From NCBI GenBank assembly GCA_951813075.1, contig OX638343.1:2103999-2167998 (forward strand): DNA of 64,000 nt. The letters are read 5' to 3'. Shown in pieces: positions 27,519 through 37,766 of this stretch; the first letter of the stretch is position 1; the number at the start of each line of letters is the position of its first letter. Below the pieces are notes generated by a model that did no database searches, was not told the DNA's origin, and saw only the letters and a program-made list of their open reading frames with translations. The position numbers and the translations under genes were made by a program. The stretch comes from Arenicellales bacterium (lineage in GTDB: Bacteria; Pseudomonadota; Gammaproteobacteria; Arenicellales; JAJDZL01).

Positions 27519-28655
27519 TTAGAATCGAACCACTCGGTCGATTTCACTTGTTTTTGGTGTTACCCATTCTTCGAAAACGGTGTTGATCCACTCTATGTTA
27601 TTTGCCCAGAACTGGGAATCCACGTTCACCGCGCTTTCAAGATGAGATGTTGGAAGATATGGCCTGATGTCATCTTGCAGAAATGCTCCCGCTGACTTTC
27701 GAACGGGTCCGTACGGAATATGCACAGCCTGTTCCGCCATATTTTCGGTCAAAAGCGCAAAGCGTACGAAATCTCGGGCGTTATCCAACCTGGGAGAACC
27801 TGCGACTATCGCCCAATATTCGGTTTCGACCATCTGCCCATCCCAGATTAATCCGATGGGCTCATTGTCATTGACGATTGGGTCATAAATCCGACCATTC
27901 CAAACAGTGGACATGGTAACCGTGCCTTTGGTCAGCATTTCGATAGGCTCGTCACCGGAACTCCACCAGACAATGTGTGGTTTCAGTGGATCTGCGATTT
28001 CCATTGCGTATTCCACACCCTGTGGTGTTGCCAGCACTGCGTAGACATCACTCGGCGTCATTCCGTCCGCAATCAACGCCCACTCCAGCAGCCCTCTCGG
28101 GGTGCGTCGCAGTCCGCGCTTGCCGGGATAATCTTTCACATTGAAGAAATCCCCCACGCTTGATGGTGCACCATCCGGAAAAGCGTCTTTGTCGAATGCC
28201 ATGATCGTTGACCAAACGACACTCGGATAGCCGCATTCCCGCATGTAACTCTCAGGAATGTCTTCATCCGCAGGTGTGCCGTCTGCACCATCTGCGATGA
28301 GAGATGCGTCAACTTGCATCAGCAAACCCTGGTCGCAAGCGGCGATCAAGTCCGACAATTCCATGTCGACAACGTCCCACTTGACGTTCATTGATTCGAC
28401 TTGACTAGAGATTTCAGTAATACCACCTCCATAGTCGACCATGTTAACCGCTTTACCGGTCGAAGACTCCCATGGCCTGACATACGCGAGCATTTGACTT
28501 CGCGTATAGGCTCCTCCGAAACTAGCTACAGTGAGAGTTTGTTCATATAGACTGACTTGTGCCGGCGCCTGGCCAATATAACCGCCGAACAAAAGAATAA
28601 CGGCTGCTGGTAAAAATAGTCGACACCGTGCAAGTCCAGATAAGCGAGGAATCAT
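27519..28655 (-). CDS. Orphan periplasmic solute-binding protein (PotF/PotD-like family 1)
   Basis: It has a signal peptide, a mature start LTVASFGGAYTRSQ..., and 378 aa. It ends 17 nt upstream of the BCCT gene on the same strand, and a GAGAGG RBS precedes the BCCT ATG. No ABC permease or ATPase lies adjacent. Confidence 0.82.
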   Translation of the reverse strand: MIPRLSGLARCRLFLPAAVILLFGGYIGQAPAQVSLYEQTLTVASFGGAYTRSQMLAYVRPWESSTGKAVNMVDYGGGITEISSQVESMNVKWDVVDMELSDLIAACDQGLLMQVDASLIADGADGTPADEDIPESYMRECGYPSVVWSTIMAFDKDAFPDGAPSSVGDFFNVKDYPGKRGLRRTPRGLLEWALIADGMTPSDVYAVLATPQGVEYAMEIADPLKPHIVWWSSGDEPIEMLTKGTVTMSTVWNGRIYDPIVNDNEPIGLIWDGQMVETEYWAIVAGSPRLDNARDFVRFALLTENMAEQAVHIPYGPVRKSAGAFLQDDIRPYLPTSHLESAVNVDSQFWANNIEWINTVFEEWVTPKTSEIDRVVRF

Positions 28656-28997
28656 AGATCACCCCCTGGGACACCTCTGAATAAAATATCTCACGAACTG
28701 ACCAACTGCCTTTTCATAATTGGAGAGTGGCGATAGTGCGTGAGACGTAATTGACTGTCATTAGACCGTTGGGTATTTATGATGTTGTTTTCATCAGAAT
28801 GAACAGCAAAACAAAGTTATTTCCACTTAAATTGTTAGACTGAATTTTATCAGCAAAATAAAGCAATATTGAGCATTTTCAAAATGGTTGACCTACCGGG
28901 TCTTCGGGCCATGCTCCTCGGAACAAAAACTTTCAACGAACCAGAACCGTATAGGGGATGGGAATTTCTCCGACCGTTTCGGCAATTTTGATTTGGT

Positions 28998-29702
28998 CTA
29001 AGCGCGCTTTTTATCGGGTCGAGGTCCGAACAAGGCGGTACCGATTCGGACATGAGTTGCGCCTTGTTCAATTGCGACTTCCATATCCGCAGTCATGCCC
29101 ATCGACAGCGTGTCCAGCGGATGACCTCGTTCGACAGCGTGTCCCAACCATTCCCTGAGCCGGGCAAAAACTTCTCGTTGCTCATCAGCAACATTGACGG
29201 GTTCCGGTATGATCATCAGACCTCTTGCGCGTACGCGGGGAAGGCTCGCGATATCGTCCAGCAATGGCAGCAATTCTTCACCGGAAACACCGGACTTTGT
29301 TGTCTCACCCTGCAGGTTGGTCTGAATGCATATGTTCAAGGGCGGTAAGTCATCAGATCTTTGATCGTTCAGCCGTCGGGCGATTTTGTACCGGTCGACA
29401 CTGTGTACCCACGAAAAGTGCTTCGCTATATCCTTTGTTTTGTTGCTTTGTATGGTTCCGATAAAGTGCCACTCGATATTCAGATCAGACAGCACCTGTT
29501 GCTTGCTGATCGCTTCCTGTACAAAATTTTCGGCGAATATTCTCTGGCCACACTCTGCCAGTGTTCTGATTGATTTCGCCGGATGCAGTTTTCCGACTGC
29601 GACCAGATTTACCGAACCGACTTCCCTGTTCGCGTGCCTTTCGGCTGCGCGTATGCGGTCAACGACCGCCCGATAGTTTTCGGCGAGATGCGATGTGTTC
29701 AT
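28998..29702 (-). CDS. yggS: YggS-family pyridoxal-phosphate homeostasis protein
   Basis: 234 aa with the PLP-lysine region LVAVGKLHP, WHFIGTIQSNK, and C-terminal VRIGTALFG. Confidence 0.9.
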   Translation of the reverse strand: MNTSHLAENYRAVVDRIRAAERHANREVGSVNLVAVGKLHPAKSIRTLAECGQRIFAENFVQEAISKQQVLSDLNIEWHFIGTIQSNKTKDIAKHFSWVHSVDRYKIARRLNDQRSDDLPPLNICIQTNLQGETTKSGVSGEELLPLLDDIASLPRVRARGLMIIPEPVNVADEQREVFARLREWLGHAVERGHPLDTLSMGMTADMEVAIEQGATHVRIGTALFGPRPDKKRA

Positions 29703-29904
29703 TTATGGTTACCAGCAATTCATGTCTGGAACTCGACATTGGATGACTTGTCTGAACTGACTATTATCGCCAATCAAACCGCCCGATTGCTATGTTCAGC
29801 GCATAATTCTGCATTGAACATTACAATAGTCTGCGCCAGAAAGTGCGCAAGCCCGCGAATTTAATGCGACATGAGCTATTTCTAGACTCGGAGAATTTCA
29901 CCTC

Positions 29905-30984
29905 GTGAAGGAAGCCGCCTTACAGATAACGACAGAACCAAGTTTTTGGCTCGGATTAATCGTTTTCGTGTTGGTTCTGATTGTATTGCTGTTGAGGAAG
30001 CGTTCATCAACAAGTGGTGGTCATGAAGATCGTTTCAATCTGCTTGAGCAGGTGAATGAAAGACTTGCTTCCCATGAACGACTGCTGACCAATTTGCTGG
30101 ATGAGCGTCTGCAAAGAAGCGGTGACAACGTTCGACAAACACTCGAAAGAGCAGCCTCTGAAACCTCTAAAACATTGGGTGATCTCAGAGACAGGCTTGG
30201 ACAGATATCTGTACACCAGGAAAATATCAATGAATTGTCGGTCAGTGTCACCCAATTGCATCAGGTGCTTGCAAGCACCAAGCACAAAGGTGTATTCGGG
30301 GAACAACAACTTGAGGAAATTGTCTGCGATGCGCTGCCAGCCCAGAATTATGAATTTCAATATACGTTGTCAAACGGCAGACGAGCCGATCTGATACTGA
30401 AAATACCAAACCCACCCGGCCCCATCTGTGTTGACTCAAAATTTCCTGTTCAATCGTTCCAGGATATTCAGAATTCGCGCGAAGCCCGGGACGCAACCAA
30501 CGCACGCCGAAGATTTCAAACCGCAGTCAAAAACCACATCGCCGATGTCGCGACCAAGTATATCGTGGCAGGAGAAACCAGTGATTTTGCGCTGATGTTT
30601 CTGCCATCGGAAGCGATTTTCGCTGAGATTCAGGGCAATCATCAGAATATTGTTAGAGAGTCACAGAATGCCCGGGTATATATCGTGTCGCCGACTACCA
30701 TGATGGCGACTGTGACAGCTATCCGCGGAATTGTTCGAGACGCCGAACTGAGCAATCACGCTCAACAGATCAGGGAAGCCCTGCTGGCGGTCGCCGGTGA
30801 GGTCGAAAAATTGGACGGGCTGGCCACTAAATTAAATTCACACTTCGACCTGATGCAGCGTGATGTATCGTTGATTATCCGTGGTATCCACATTGTGAGA
30901 GACAAGATCGACCTTATCGGTGACGTGGACCACGAAAGCGATGTGAACCAGATAGAAACGACAGAATCGAACTTTCCACGGTAA
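29905..30984 (+). CDS. rmuC: DNA recombination protein RmuC
   Basis: An N-terminal TM helix, a coiled-coil region, and then an RmuC nuclease-like domain (...ADLILKIPNPPGPICVDSKFP... FALMFLPSEAIFAE...YIVSPTTMMA). Confidence 0.88.
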   Translation: MKEAALQITTEPSFWLGLIVFVLVLIVLLLRKRSSTSGGHEDRFNLLEQVNERLASHERLLTNLLDERLQRSGDNVRQTLERAASETSKTLGDLRDRLGQISVHQENINELSVSVTQLHQVLASTKHKGVFGEQQLEEIVCDALPAQNYEFQYTLSNGRRADLILKIPNPPGPICVDSKFPVQSFQDIQNSREARDATNARRRFQTAVKNHIADVATKYIVAGETSDFALMFLPSEAIFAEIQGNHQNIVRESQNARVYIVSPTTMMATVTAIRGIVRDAELSNHAQQIREALLAVAGEVEKLDGLATKLNSHFDLMQRDVSLIIRGIHIVRDKIDLIGDVDHESDVNQIETTESNFPR

Positions 30985-31119
30985 TTTTTCGTGTAATTTT
31001 TGCGTGGCCGGTCAATTTGCAATGCGGGAGTGTAAAGCCTGACCATTCTGATTGTTCCAAACATTCATCAATGAATGCTGTATCTTTGATTCTGAGGATT
31101 TTTAATAATTATCACTGCG

Positions 31120-31599
31120 GTGTCTATTGTGGCTGACGTGTTTGACAAGGCAAAGAGAAGTCAGGTGATGGCTTCCATTACGGCAAAGGATACCAAACCG
31201 GAAATTCTGATTCGAAAGGCACTTCATCGCAAGGGTTACAGGTTCAGACTGCATGACAGGTCCCTCCCTGGCACTCCCGATCTGATATTTCGAAAATTCA
31301 ACGCGGTGATCATGGTCAATGGCTGCTTCTGGCATGGACATGACTGCGCATTGTTCCGGATGCCAGCGACCAATCGGAAATTCTGGAGCGACAAAATAAG
31401 GAACAACCAAGAACGCGACCGGAGGGTTCGGGCGGAATTGCTTGATTCAGGGTGGAGGGTGTTGATAGTCTGGGAATGCAGTTTGAAGGGCAAGCACAGA
31501 ACGCGATTTGGCGATTTGATCGCTACAGTAGAAAACTGGCTGCTGAGCGATCAATGTGAACTTGAACTCAGTGCCGCCCACTTCGGCTTGCACAGATAG
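31120..31599 (+). CDS. vsr: Very-short-patch repair endonuclease
   Basis: ADVFDKAKRSQVMASI..., PGTPDLIF, NGCFWHGHDC and WRVLIVWEC all match E. coli Vsr blocks. The likely start is the GTG at 31129. Confidence 0.9.
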   Translation: MSIVADVFDKAKRSQVMASITAKDTKPEILIRKALHRKGYRFRLHDRSLPGTPDLIFRKFNAVIMVNGCFWHGHDCALFRMPATNRKFWSDKIRNNQERDRRVRAELLDSGWRVLIVWECSLKGKHRTRFGDLIATVENWLLSDQCELELSAAHFGLHR

Positions 31600-31763
31600 C
31601 GATGCGGAAACAATAAATTTACTTTTATCGCTCTACAACAGTTGAAATTAGTTCAAACAGTCACATCTAGTAGGTAAGGCCGGCGATCATCGTCATTATC
31701 CAACCACGTATCAGTCTTTTCCGAAATAGCTGAAAAAATTTTACCGAGCGAAGCATCAATATA

Positions 31764-32456
31764 GTGAACAGAAATTCTCAGTCCATAGTCGCACTTGATG
31801 ACTTGTGGCTGGTGCTCAAGAGCCAGGCAGGAGATGTCGAGATATTACGAGGTGTCAATCTCGACGTACCATACGGCGAGAGCGTCAGTATTTCGGGACC
31901 GTCAGGTGCCGGCAAAACCAGTCTGATGATGATTATTGGCGGCATGGAGAAGGCCACCAGGGGGACTGTCGTTGTTGCAGGAGTGCGGATCAACGAATCG
32001 ACTGAGGAGGATCTGGCTAGATTTCGCAGACAGAATGTTGGTATTGTCTTTCAGTCATTTCACCTGATTCCAACCATGACTGCATTGGAGAATGTTGCCA
32101 TTCCACTGGAACTGTCGGGAGATAGAAACGCTTTCGATCAAGCTAGAAGTGAGCTTGCAGAGGTCGGCCTTCTGAGCAGGCTCGGCCACTATCCCAGCCA
32201 ACTGTCCGGCGGCGAACAGCAGCGTGTTGCCATTGCTCGCGCGCTGATTGCGCAACCCGACTTGATTCTTGCCGACGAACCGACCGGTAACCTGGACATG
32301 ACAAACAGTGAGCGAATCATGGATCTTCTGGTTCAACGATGTTCCGACAAGAACGCGACGCTGATTCTCATTACCCACCAAAAAGAGTTGGCACAGCGTT
32401 GCACGCAGCATGTCGAGATGTCGGACGGTCGTATCATCAGCAATCCGAACCGATAA
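31764..32456 (+). CDS. ABC transporter ATP-binding protein (YbbA/LolD-like)
   Basis: Walker [10 protein letters not shown], signature LSGGEQQRV, Walker [13 protein letters not shown]. The partner permease starts 6 nt downstream. Confidence 0.88.
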   Translation: MNRNSQSIVALDDLWLVLKSQAGDVEILRGVNLDVPYGESVSISGPSGAGKTSLMMIIGGMEKATRGTVVVAGVRINESTEEDLARFRRQNVGIVFQSFHLIPTMTALENVAIPLELSGDRNAFDQARSELAEVGLLSRLGHYPSQLSGGEQQRVAIARALIAQPDLILADEPTGNLDMTNSERIMDLLVQRCSDKNATLILITHQKELAQRCTQHVEMSDGRIISNPNR

Positions 32457-32462
32457 AGTCCG

Positions 32463-34988
32463 ATGTTTGCCACCGTTGTTAGAATTGCGTATCGCGACTT
32501 GCGACGCGGACATCGGGGTTTTTGGATTTTTTTGAGTTGCCTGGCGCTCGGTGTCGCGGCGATAACTGCTGTCATGACAATGTCAGCCAGTCTGGTCAAT
32601 GGAATTGCCAAAGATGGCAGGATACTGCTCGGTGGTGAGATTGCGATCGGGCAGCAGTTCCATGATCTGACTGATGAGCAGCGTCTCCATATTGAAGAGC
32701 ACTCTGAAACTATAACCAGATTTGTGGAAATGCGAACCCTGCTTCGTAGTGAAGATGTTCGCAGAAGTGTACTCGTTTCGCTGAAGGCGATTGACGACAA
32801 CTACCCTATTTATGGGGAGTTTGACGTACGCGGCGGCGCAAATGTCAGCGATTTGATCGGTCGCGAAGGCGATACCTGGGGCGCAGTAGTTGATCCGGTA
32901 CTGATCGAGTCAGGCCGGGTGTCGGTCGGCGAACAGGTGTTTTTTGGTAATGCGACATTTACCGTCTCGGGCGTGATCGAAAATGAACCGGACCGAATCG
33001 GCAGTACAGGCAGTTTTGGTTTCTGGCCGCGTGTCATCATCAGTGACGAAGCGGTCGAGGACGCTGGATTGTTGGTGGAAGGCAGTCGCATTTACTTTGA
33101 CTACCGAATCAAGCTGAAGGAGACCATAGACCCTCATGTGCTCAGAGCCCGTCTTTCTGAGCAATTTCCATATCTGGATGTCCGCGACTTCACCAACGCA
33201 TCACCAAATCTGGCCGAAGTGATAGAACGGATTGGCGTGTTGCTGGCGCTTGCCGGTTTGACAACGTTGCTGATCGGTGGAGTCGGTGTGAGCAATGCGA
33301 TTCGCGCCTATATGGATACCCGGCTATCGACGATCGCCATACTCAAGTGCGTCGGCGCTCCGCAACGTCTTGTCTTCAGAATCTATCTGGTGCAGATTCT
33401 ATTGCTTTCCGGTGTTGGCATCGCGTTGGGCATGGCCTTCGGAATTGCCGCGACGCTGATAAGCGGGACGATCATTGAGAACTTGTATTCAGTTCCAATT
33501 GCATTCTCACTCAGTTTTACGATTGCGTCAATCATAATTACCTACGGCATGCTGATCGCCATACTGTTTACGTTGTGGCCGCTTGCTTGCGCGCTCAACA
33601 CCATGCCGTCCGCGCTGTTCAGAAATGCAGTGAACGCGGAGAAACGAACGGCTTCATGGCAATATGGCGTTATTTCAGTGCTGCTGGCTGTCGTACTGGC
33701 TGTGATTGTGATTATGACCGCTTATGAAACTCGGTTTGCGATCTGGTTCGTGATCTGCGTCAGTGCTGCATGGGTCGCATTCAGGCTCGTGGGGTTGATC
33801 ATTACCCAGACGTCGAAAAAATTTGGATTTCGGCATCTGCCTGCTCTTCGTTTGGCAATCGCCAACCTCCACCGACCAGGGTCTGCCACCTCCGATATCG
33901 TACTGGCAATCGGTCTGGGACTGTCGGTTCTGGTTGCGACCGCAATGGTGTCGGCCAATATGGACGAACAGATCAACAATCTGATTCCGCATAACGCTCC
34001 AACTTTCTTTTTCTTGGGTATTCAGTCAGAACAACTCAATGAATTCGAAGATTTGGTAAACGCAGCCGATGGTGTTTCCGATTTGAATATCCTGCCATAT
34101 ATTCCAGGCAGAATCACGCAGATAAAGGGAATGGACCCGCTTGATGCTTTAGTTGATGAAGATAGCCGATGGCTGGTCGATGACGACGGTGAGAGAATAT
34201 TCTCTTATACAGCCAATCCGCTTGAGGGCTCCAAAATGATCAAGGGTGACTGGTGGGACCCTGAATACTCCGGACCACCGCTGCTTTCCATTCATCGGGA
34301 CGTCGCGGAAGGCTTTGATATAGATATCGGCGATACGATTACCATGAACATTCTGGGTCGGGAGATTTCGGGGACCGTTCACAATGTGCGCGACTTGGAA
34401 TGGCGGTCCATGCGCCTGAACTTTGCCATCATGCTGTCGCCATATCCCCTGAATACAATTCCCCATTCGAGTGTCGGTACAGTACGCGCACCACCAGAAA
34501 TTGATTACGAGTTGCAGGAAAATGTTGCGAGTCGTTACACCAACATAACCGTAATTCGTATCAAGGATGCTTTGGACCGGGTTTCCAATCTGATGGCGCA
34601 GGCGAGGACTGTCGCCAGCAGTATCAGTGTAGTCACAGTCTTGGCAGGGATTCTCGTACTGGCGGGCATCGTGATTTCGGAAAATCGTCGACGAGCTTAT
34701 GAAAGCGTGTTGCTCAAGACGATCGGTGCTTCACGTCGATATGTACTGACAGCATTTTCGTTTGAATATCTATTGCAGGGGGTGATAACCGCAACGGTTG
34801 CTGTTTTGTTCGGAACAGTGGCATCCTGGGCAGTTGTTTCGGGTCTGATGGGATGGGATTGGCATCTGATTCCACTTCCAGCTTTGAATACGGCGATTCT
34901 GGGATTGGTTATTTCTATGGTTTTGGGTATGCTGGGTATCCTGAGAGCGCTCAGGCACCGGCCGCTGACGTATCTGAGGGACGGATGA
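32463..34988 (+). CDS. FtsX-domain ABC permease, duplicated (YbbP-like, 841 aa)
   Basis: Two MacB/FtsX-type TM bundles, each preceded by a large extracytoplasmic domain. Confidence 0.85.
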   Translation: MFATVVRIAYRDLRRGHRGFWIFLSCLALGVAAITAVMTMSASLVNGIAKDGRILLGGEIAIGQQFHDLTDEQRLHIEEHSETITRFVEMRTLLRSEDVRRSVLVSLKAIDDNYPIYGEFDVRGGANVSDLIGREGDTWGAVVDPVLIESGRVSVGEQVFFGNATFTVSGVIENEPDRIGSTGSFGFWPRVIISDEAVEDAGLLVEGSRIYFDYRIKLKETIDPHVLRARLSEQFPYLDVRDFTNASPNLAEVIERIGVLLALAGLTTLLIGGVGVSNAIRAYMDTRLSTIAILKCVGAPQRLVFRIYLVQILLLSGVGIALGMAFGIAATLISGTIIENLYSVPIAFSLSFTIASIIITYGMLIAILFTLWPLACALNTMPSALFRNAVNAEKRTASWQYGVISVLLAVVLAVIVIMTAYETRFAIWFVICVSAAWVAFRLVGLIITQTSKKFGFRHLPALRLAIANLHRPGSATSDIVLAIGLGLSVLVATAMVSANMDEQINNLIPHNAPTFFFLGIQSEQLNEFEDLVNAADGVSDLNILPYIPGRITQIKGMDPLDALVDEDSRWLVDDDGERIFSYTANPLEGSKMIKGDWWDPEYSGPPLLSIHRDVAEGFDIDIGDTITMNILGREISGTVHNVRDLEWRSMRLNFAIMLSPYPLNTIPHSSVGTVRAPPEIDYELQENVASRYTNITVIRIKDALDRVSNLMAQARTVASSISVVTVLAGILVLAGIVISENRRRAYESVLLKTIGASRRYVLTAFSFEYLLQGVITATVAVLFGTVASWAVVSGLMGWDWHLIPLPALNTAILGLVISMVLGMLGILRALRHRPLTYLRDG

Positions 34989-35341
34989 TTGTTGTGTTAC
35001 CTTAATCCAAACAAACGCCTATATCAGACAGGACCGATATAGAGGCAACCTGGATACCCAAGCCCGACAAGCATTGATTTACGTTCCACACCACCGCCGT
35101 CAAACTGTGCTCAAAGCCGTAGAGTTAACGGTTCCAGACAAAATTCCGTCGTTGGCCTTGAAATATAGTACGATTGCACCTCTTGGAAACTGCTAATACG
35201 GAATTTGGCTACCCACCTTGAATTCCGATAATTTAAAATCTGAAACGCATACCATTTTGTCGATCGTAAACGGAGCCTTCTAAACTGACTTACTCTATTG
35301 AAGAATCGCTCGACCTGATTCGTCGCGGGACCGATGAGATT

Positions 35342-36502
35342 TTGCTGGAATCCGAACTTGTTGATCGGATTCGTACAGGACGTCCACTTTGTGTCAAGGC
35401 CGGATTCGACCCCACAGCGCCTGACTTACATCTTGGACACGTCGTTTTGCTGGAAAAAATGCGGCAGTTTCAGCAGCTTGGACACCAGGTTGTTTTTCTG
35501 ATCGGCGATTTCACTGGACGAATTGGCGACCCATCCGGAAAGAATGCCACGCGGCCACCAATGACCATCGAAGAGATCAAGGCGAATGCAGTAACTTACC
35601 GAAAGCAGGTTTCCAAGGTACTTGATCCGGACAAGACTGTGGTTCGGTTCAATTCGGAGTGGTTTGCGGGGGAAAATTCAGCAATGATGATCCAGCTGGC
35701 TTCCCAGTACACAGTTGCCAGAATGCTCGAACGCGACGATTTCAAAAAGCGGTTCGCAAATCAGCAATCCATTGCCATTCATGAATTCCTCTACCCGCTG
35801 GTTCAGGGCTACGATTCTGTGGCGCTTGAAGCGGATGTAGAACTCGGCGGTACTGATCAGAAATTCAATCTTCTGATCGGAAGAGAACTGCAACGACAGT
35901 ATGGACAGCCGCAACAGATCGTAATAACAGTGCCTATTCTGGAAGGTCTGGATGGCGTGCAGAAAATGTCGAAATCACTCGGAAACTACATTGGAATCGA
36001 TGAGCCGCCAAGTGAGATTTTTGGCAAGGTGATGTCACTCTCCGACGAACTGATGTGGAGATACTTCGAACTGCTCAGTGCTCGCCCAATGATGGAGATT
36101 CAAAGGTTCCGACAGCAGGCGACGGAAGGCGCCAATCCCCGGGATTTCAAAGTCCTGCTGGCCAAAGAAATGGTTGAACGGTTCCATTCAACGAACGACG
36201 CGGAACGCGCGCATGCACAGTTCGTCGCCAGATTTCAGCAAGGCATTGATCCGGATGATATTGAGCAAAAGGATATTTTCATTCAACAATCCGGTATCGC
36301 TCTTGCGAATCTGCTGAAAGATGCGGGACTGGTAGCGTCTACTTCGGATGCGCATCGCATGGTAGAACAAGGCGCAGTGCGCATTGATGGTGAACGTATC
36401 AGTGACTCGAGGCAGGAAGTTGTTGCTGGAACATCACATGTCATTCGAGTGGGCAAACGACGAATTGCCCGAATTTCGGTGCTGACACACTCGACGCAGT
36501 AA
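35342..36502 (+). CDS. tyrS: Tyrosine--tRNA ligase (type 2)
   Basis: HIGH motif PDLHLGH, KMSKS motif KMSKS, and a C-terminal S4-like domain. The conserved N-terminal sequence (..[17 protein letters not shown]) continues in frame upstream to ~35285, where no ATG, GTG or TTG is available. Confidence 0.93.
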   Translation: MLESELVDRIRTGRPLCVKAGFDPTAPDLHLGHVVLLEKMRQFQQLGHQVVFLIGDFTGRIGDPSGKNATRPPMTIEEIKANAVTYRKQVSKVLDPDKTVVRFNSEWFAGENSAMMIQLASQYTVARMLERDDFKKRFANQQSIAIHEFLYPLVQGYDSVALEADVELGGTDQKFNLLIGRELQRQYGQPQQIVITVPILEGLDGVQKMSKSLGNYIGIDEPPSEIFGKVMSLSDELMWRYFELLSARPMMEIQRFRQQATEGANPRDFKVLLAKEMVERFHSTNDAERAHAQFVARFQQGIDPDDIEQKDIFIQQSGIALANLLKDAGLVASTSDAHRMVEQGAVRIDGERISDSRQEVVAGTSHVIRVGKRRIARISVLTHSTQ

Positions 36503-36514
36503 TCTGTGTCTGGT

Positions 36515-37243
36515 TCAGGCCATGCACTGGTCCATCCAGTTCCGATAAAGGATTTCAGCTGTAGACGACAGTTCTTCTTGGTGCCGTCGTGCTTCATTTC
36601 TCAGATTGTCCGCGCCATCGACTCCAAATGTTTCAGTCAGTGCCTGTTCATACTCCGGAACCGCGTTCCACTCGTCAATCGTTTGCGATCCGGTCTCAAC
36701 ATGGAACTGTATGCCAAGCGAAGTATCCCCGATGGCAAATGACTGAACTGCACATACGGGTGACGACATCAGCACACTGGCATCATCGGGAACAGATGTA
36801 ACTTCCGCACCGTGCCATTGCAGCGTCTTGAAGCTCTGAGGTAGATTCTTCCCGAGGACATGTGCCCTGCCGGAATCGGTCAAGTCGACATTGAGCATGC
36901 CGACTTCCGAAGTCTGTGCCTTCCCTACCGACCCACCAGTCGCCTCGGCAAGAAGTTGATGTCCCAGACATACTCCGAGAAACGGCATGTCGCGAATTCG
37001 CACGGCTTCATGGATGGCTTGTTTTTCTGCTGCGAGCCAGGGGAACAGATCTTCCTGCCAGACATCCATCGGACCACCCATCGATATCATCGCGTCGTAT
37101 TGGGATATGTCCGGAATTTCCTCCCCTTCGTCCAGCTCAACGGCATCCCAACTGATGCCATCCTGCCGCATGAATTCTCGGAATATACCTGGATGCTCGC
37201 ATGCGATGTGTTGGAAAACAATTATTCGATAATGACTTGCCAT
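36515..37243 (-). CDS. Class I glutamine amidotransferase-like protein
   Basis: Nucleophile elbow GVCLGHQLL and the later His/Glu region (QFHVE). 242 aa. Confidence 0.8.
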   Translation of the reverse strand: MASHYRIIVFQHIACEHPGIFREFMRQDGISWDAVELDEGEEIPDISQYDAMISMGGPMDVWQEDLFPWLAAEKQAIHEAVRIRDMPFLGVCLGHQLLAEATGGSVGKAQTSEVGMLNVDLTDSGRAHVLGKNLPQSFKTLQWHGAEVTSVPDDASVLMSSPVCAVQSFAIGDTSLGIQFHVETGSQTIDEWNAVPEYEQALTETFGVDGADNLRNEARRHQEELSSTAEILYRNWMDQCMA

Positions 37244-37766
37244 GTCACATATTTCACCCAGAGGCTGATTTGATAAAGCCAGGGTGTTGATTATGACTTA
37301 TTATTTAATGATTGTCATCTTCTCATGCATTGCGAACTGACCCGGCTCGAAAGGGTGTTTGTGAAGCAGAATCTGTGAGAAATCGTCGGCCACATTCATC
37401 GCCATCTCAAGATCCCGAACGCCAGAACTGAACGGTTGCGCCAATGCCCAGGTCGCTTGTCGGATCTACTCTTTCGCTGTCTCCACCAAAATGTCGGTAC
37501 GCTTTCTCGTCGTAGGCGGAAAAGAGAATTCGCTGCGCTGACAGACGACGAGGTTTTGCGTATCGAGGAAATCTACCGTGAAGAATTTGCCGGCGACTAT
37601 AGTTGAACGCGAACAGAAGTCGGTCCGATAGGTTGAGCAGCCGCGGTGGTTGTCGACGGCAACGAACAGAATTTTGATATGATTGCATCCGCGATAACCG
37701 CGGCAAAGTGGTCAGAAGCCATTGACTATCACTAGTTGTAACGAACAGGAGTAAAGACAATTAGCT

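Noticed and set aside
37640-37735. HigB toxin gene upstream of the HigA-like gene
   Set aside because: Only the terminal ...IDYH resembles HigB. All three frames are broken by stops within about 30 codons and no RelE/HigB core motifs are readable. I mention it only as a possible relic.
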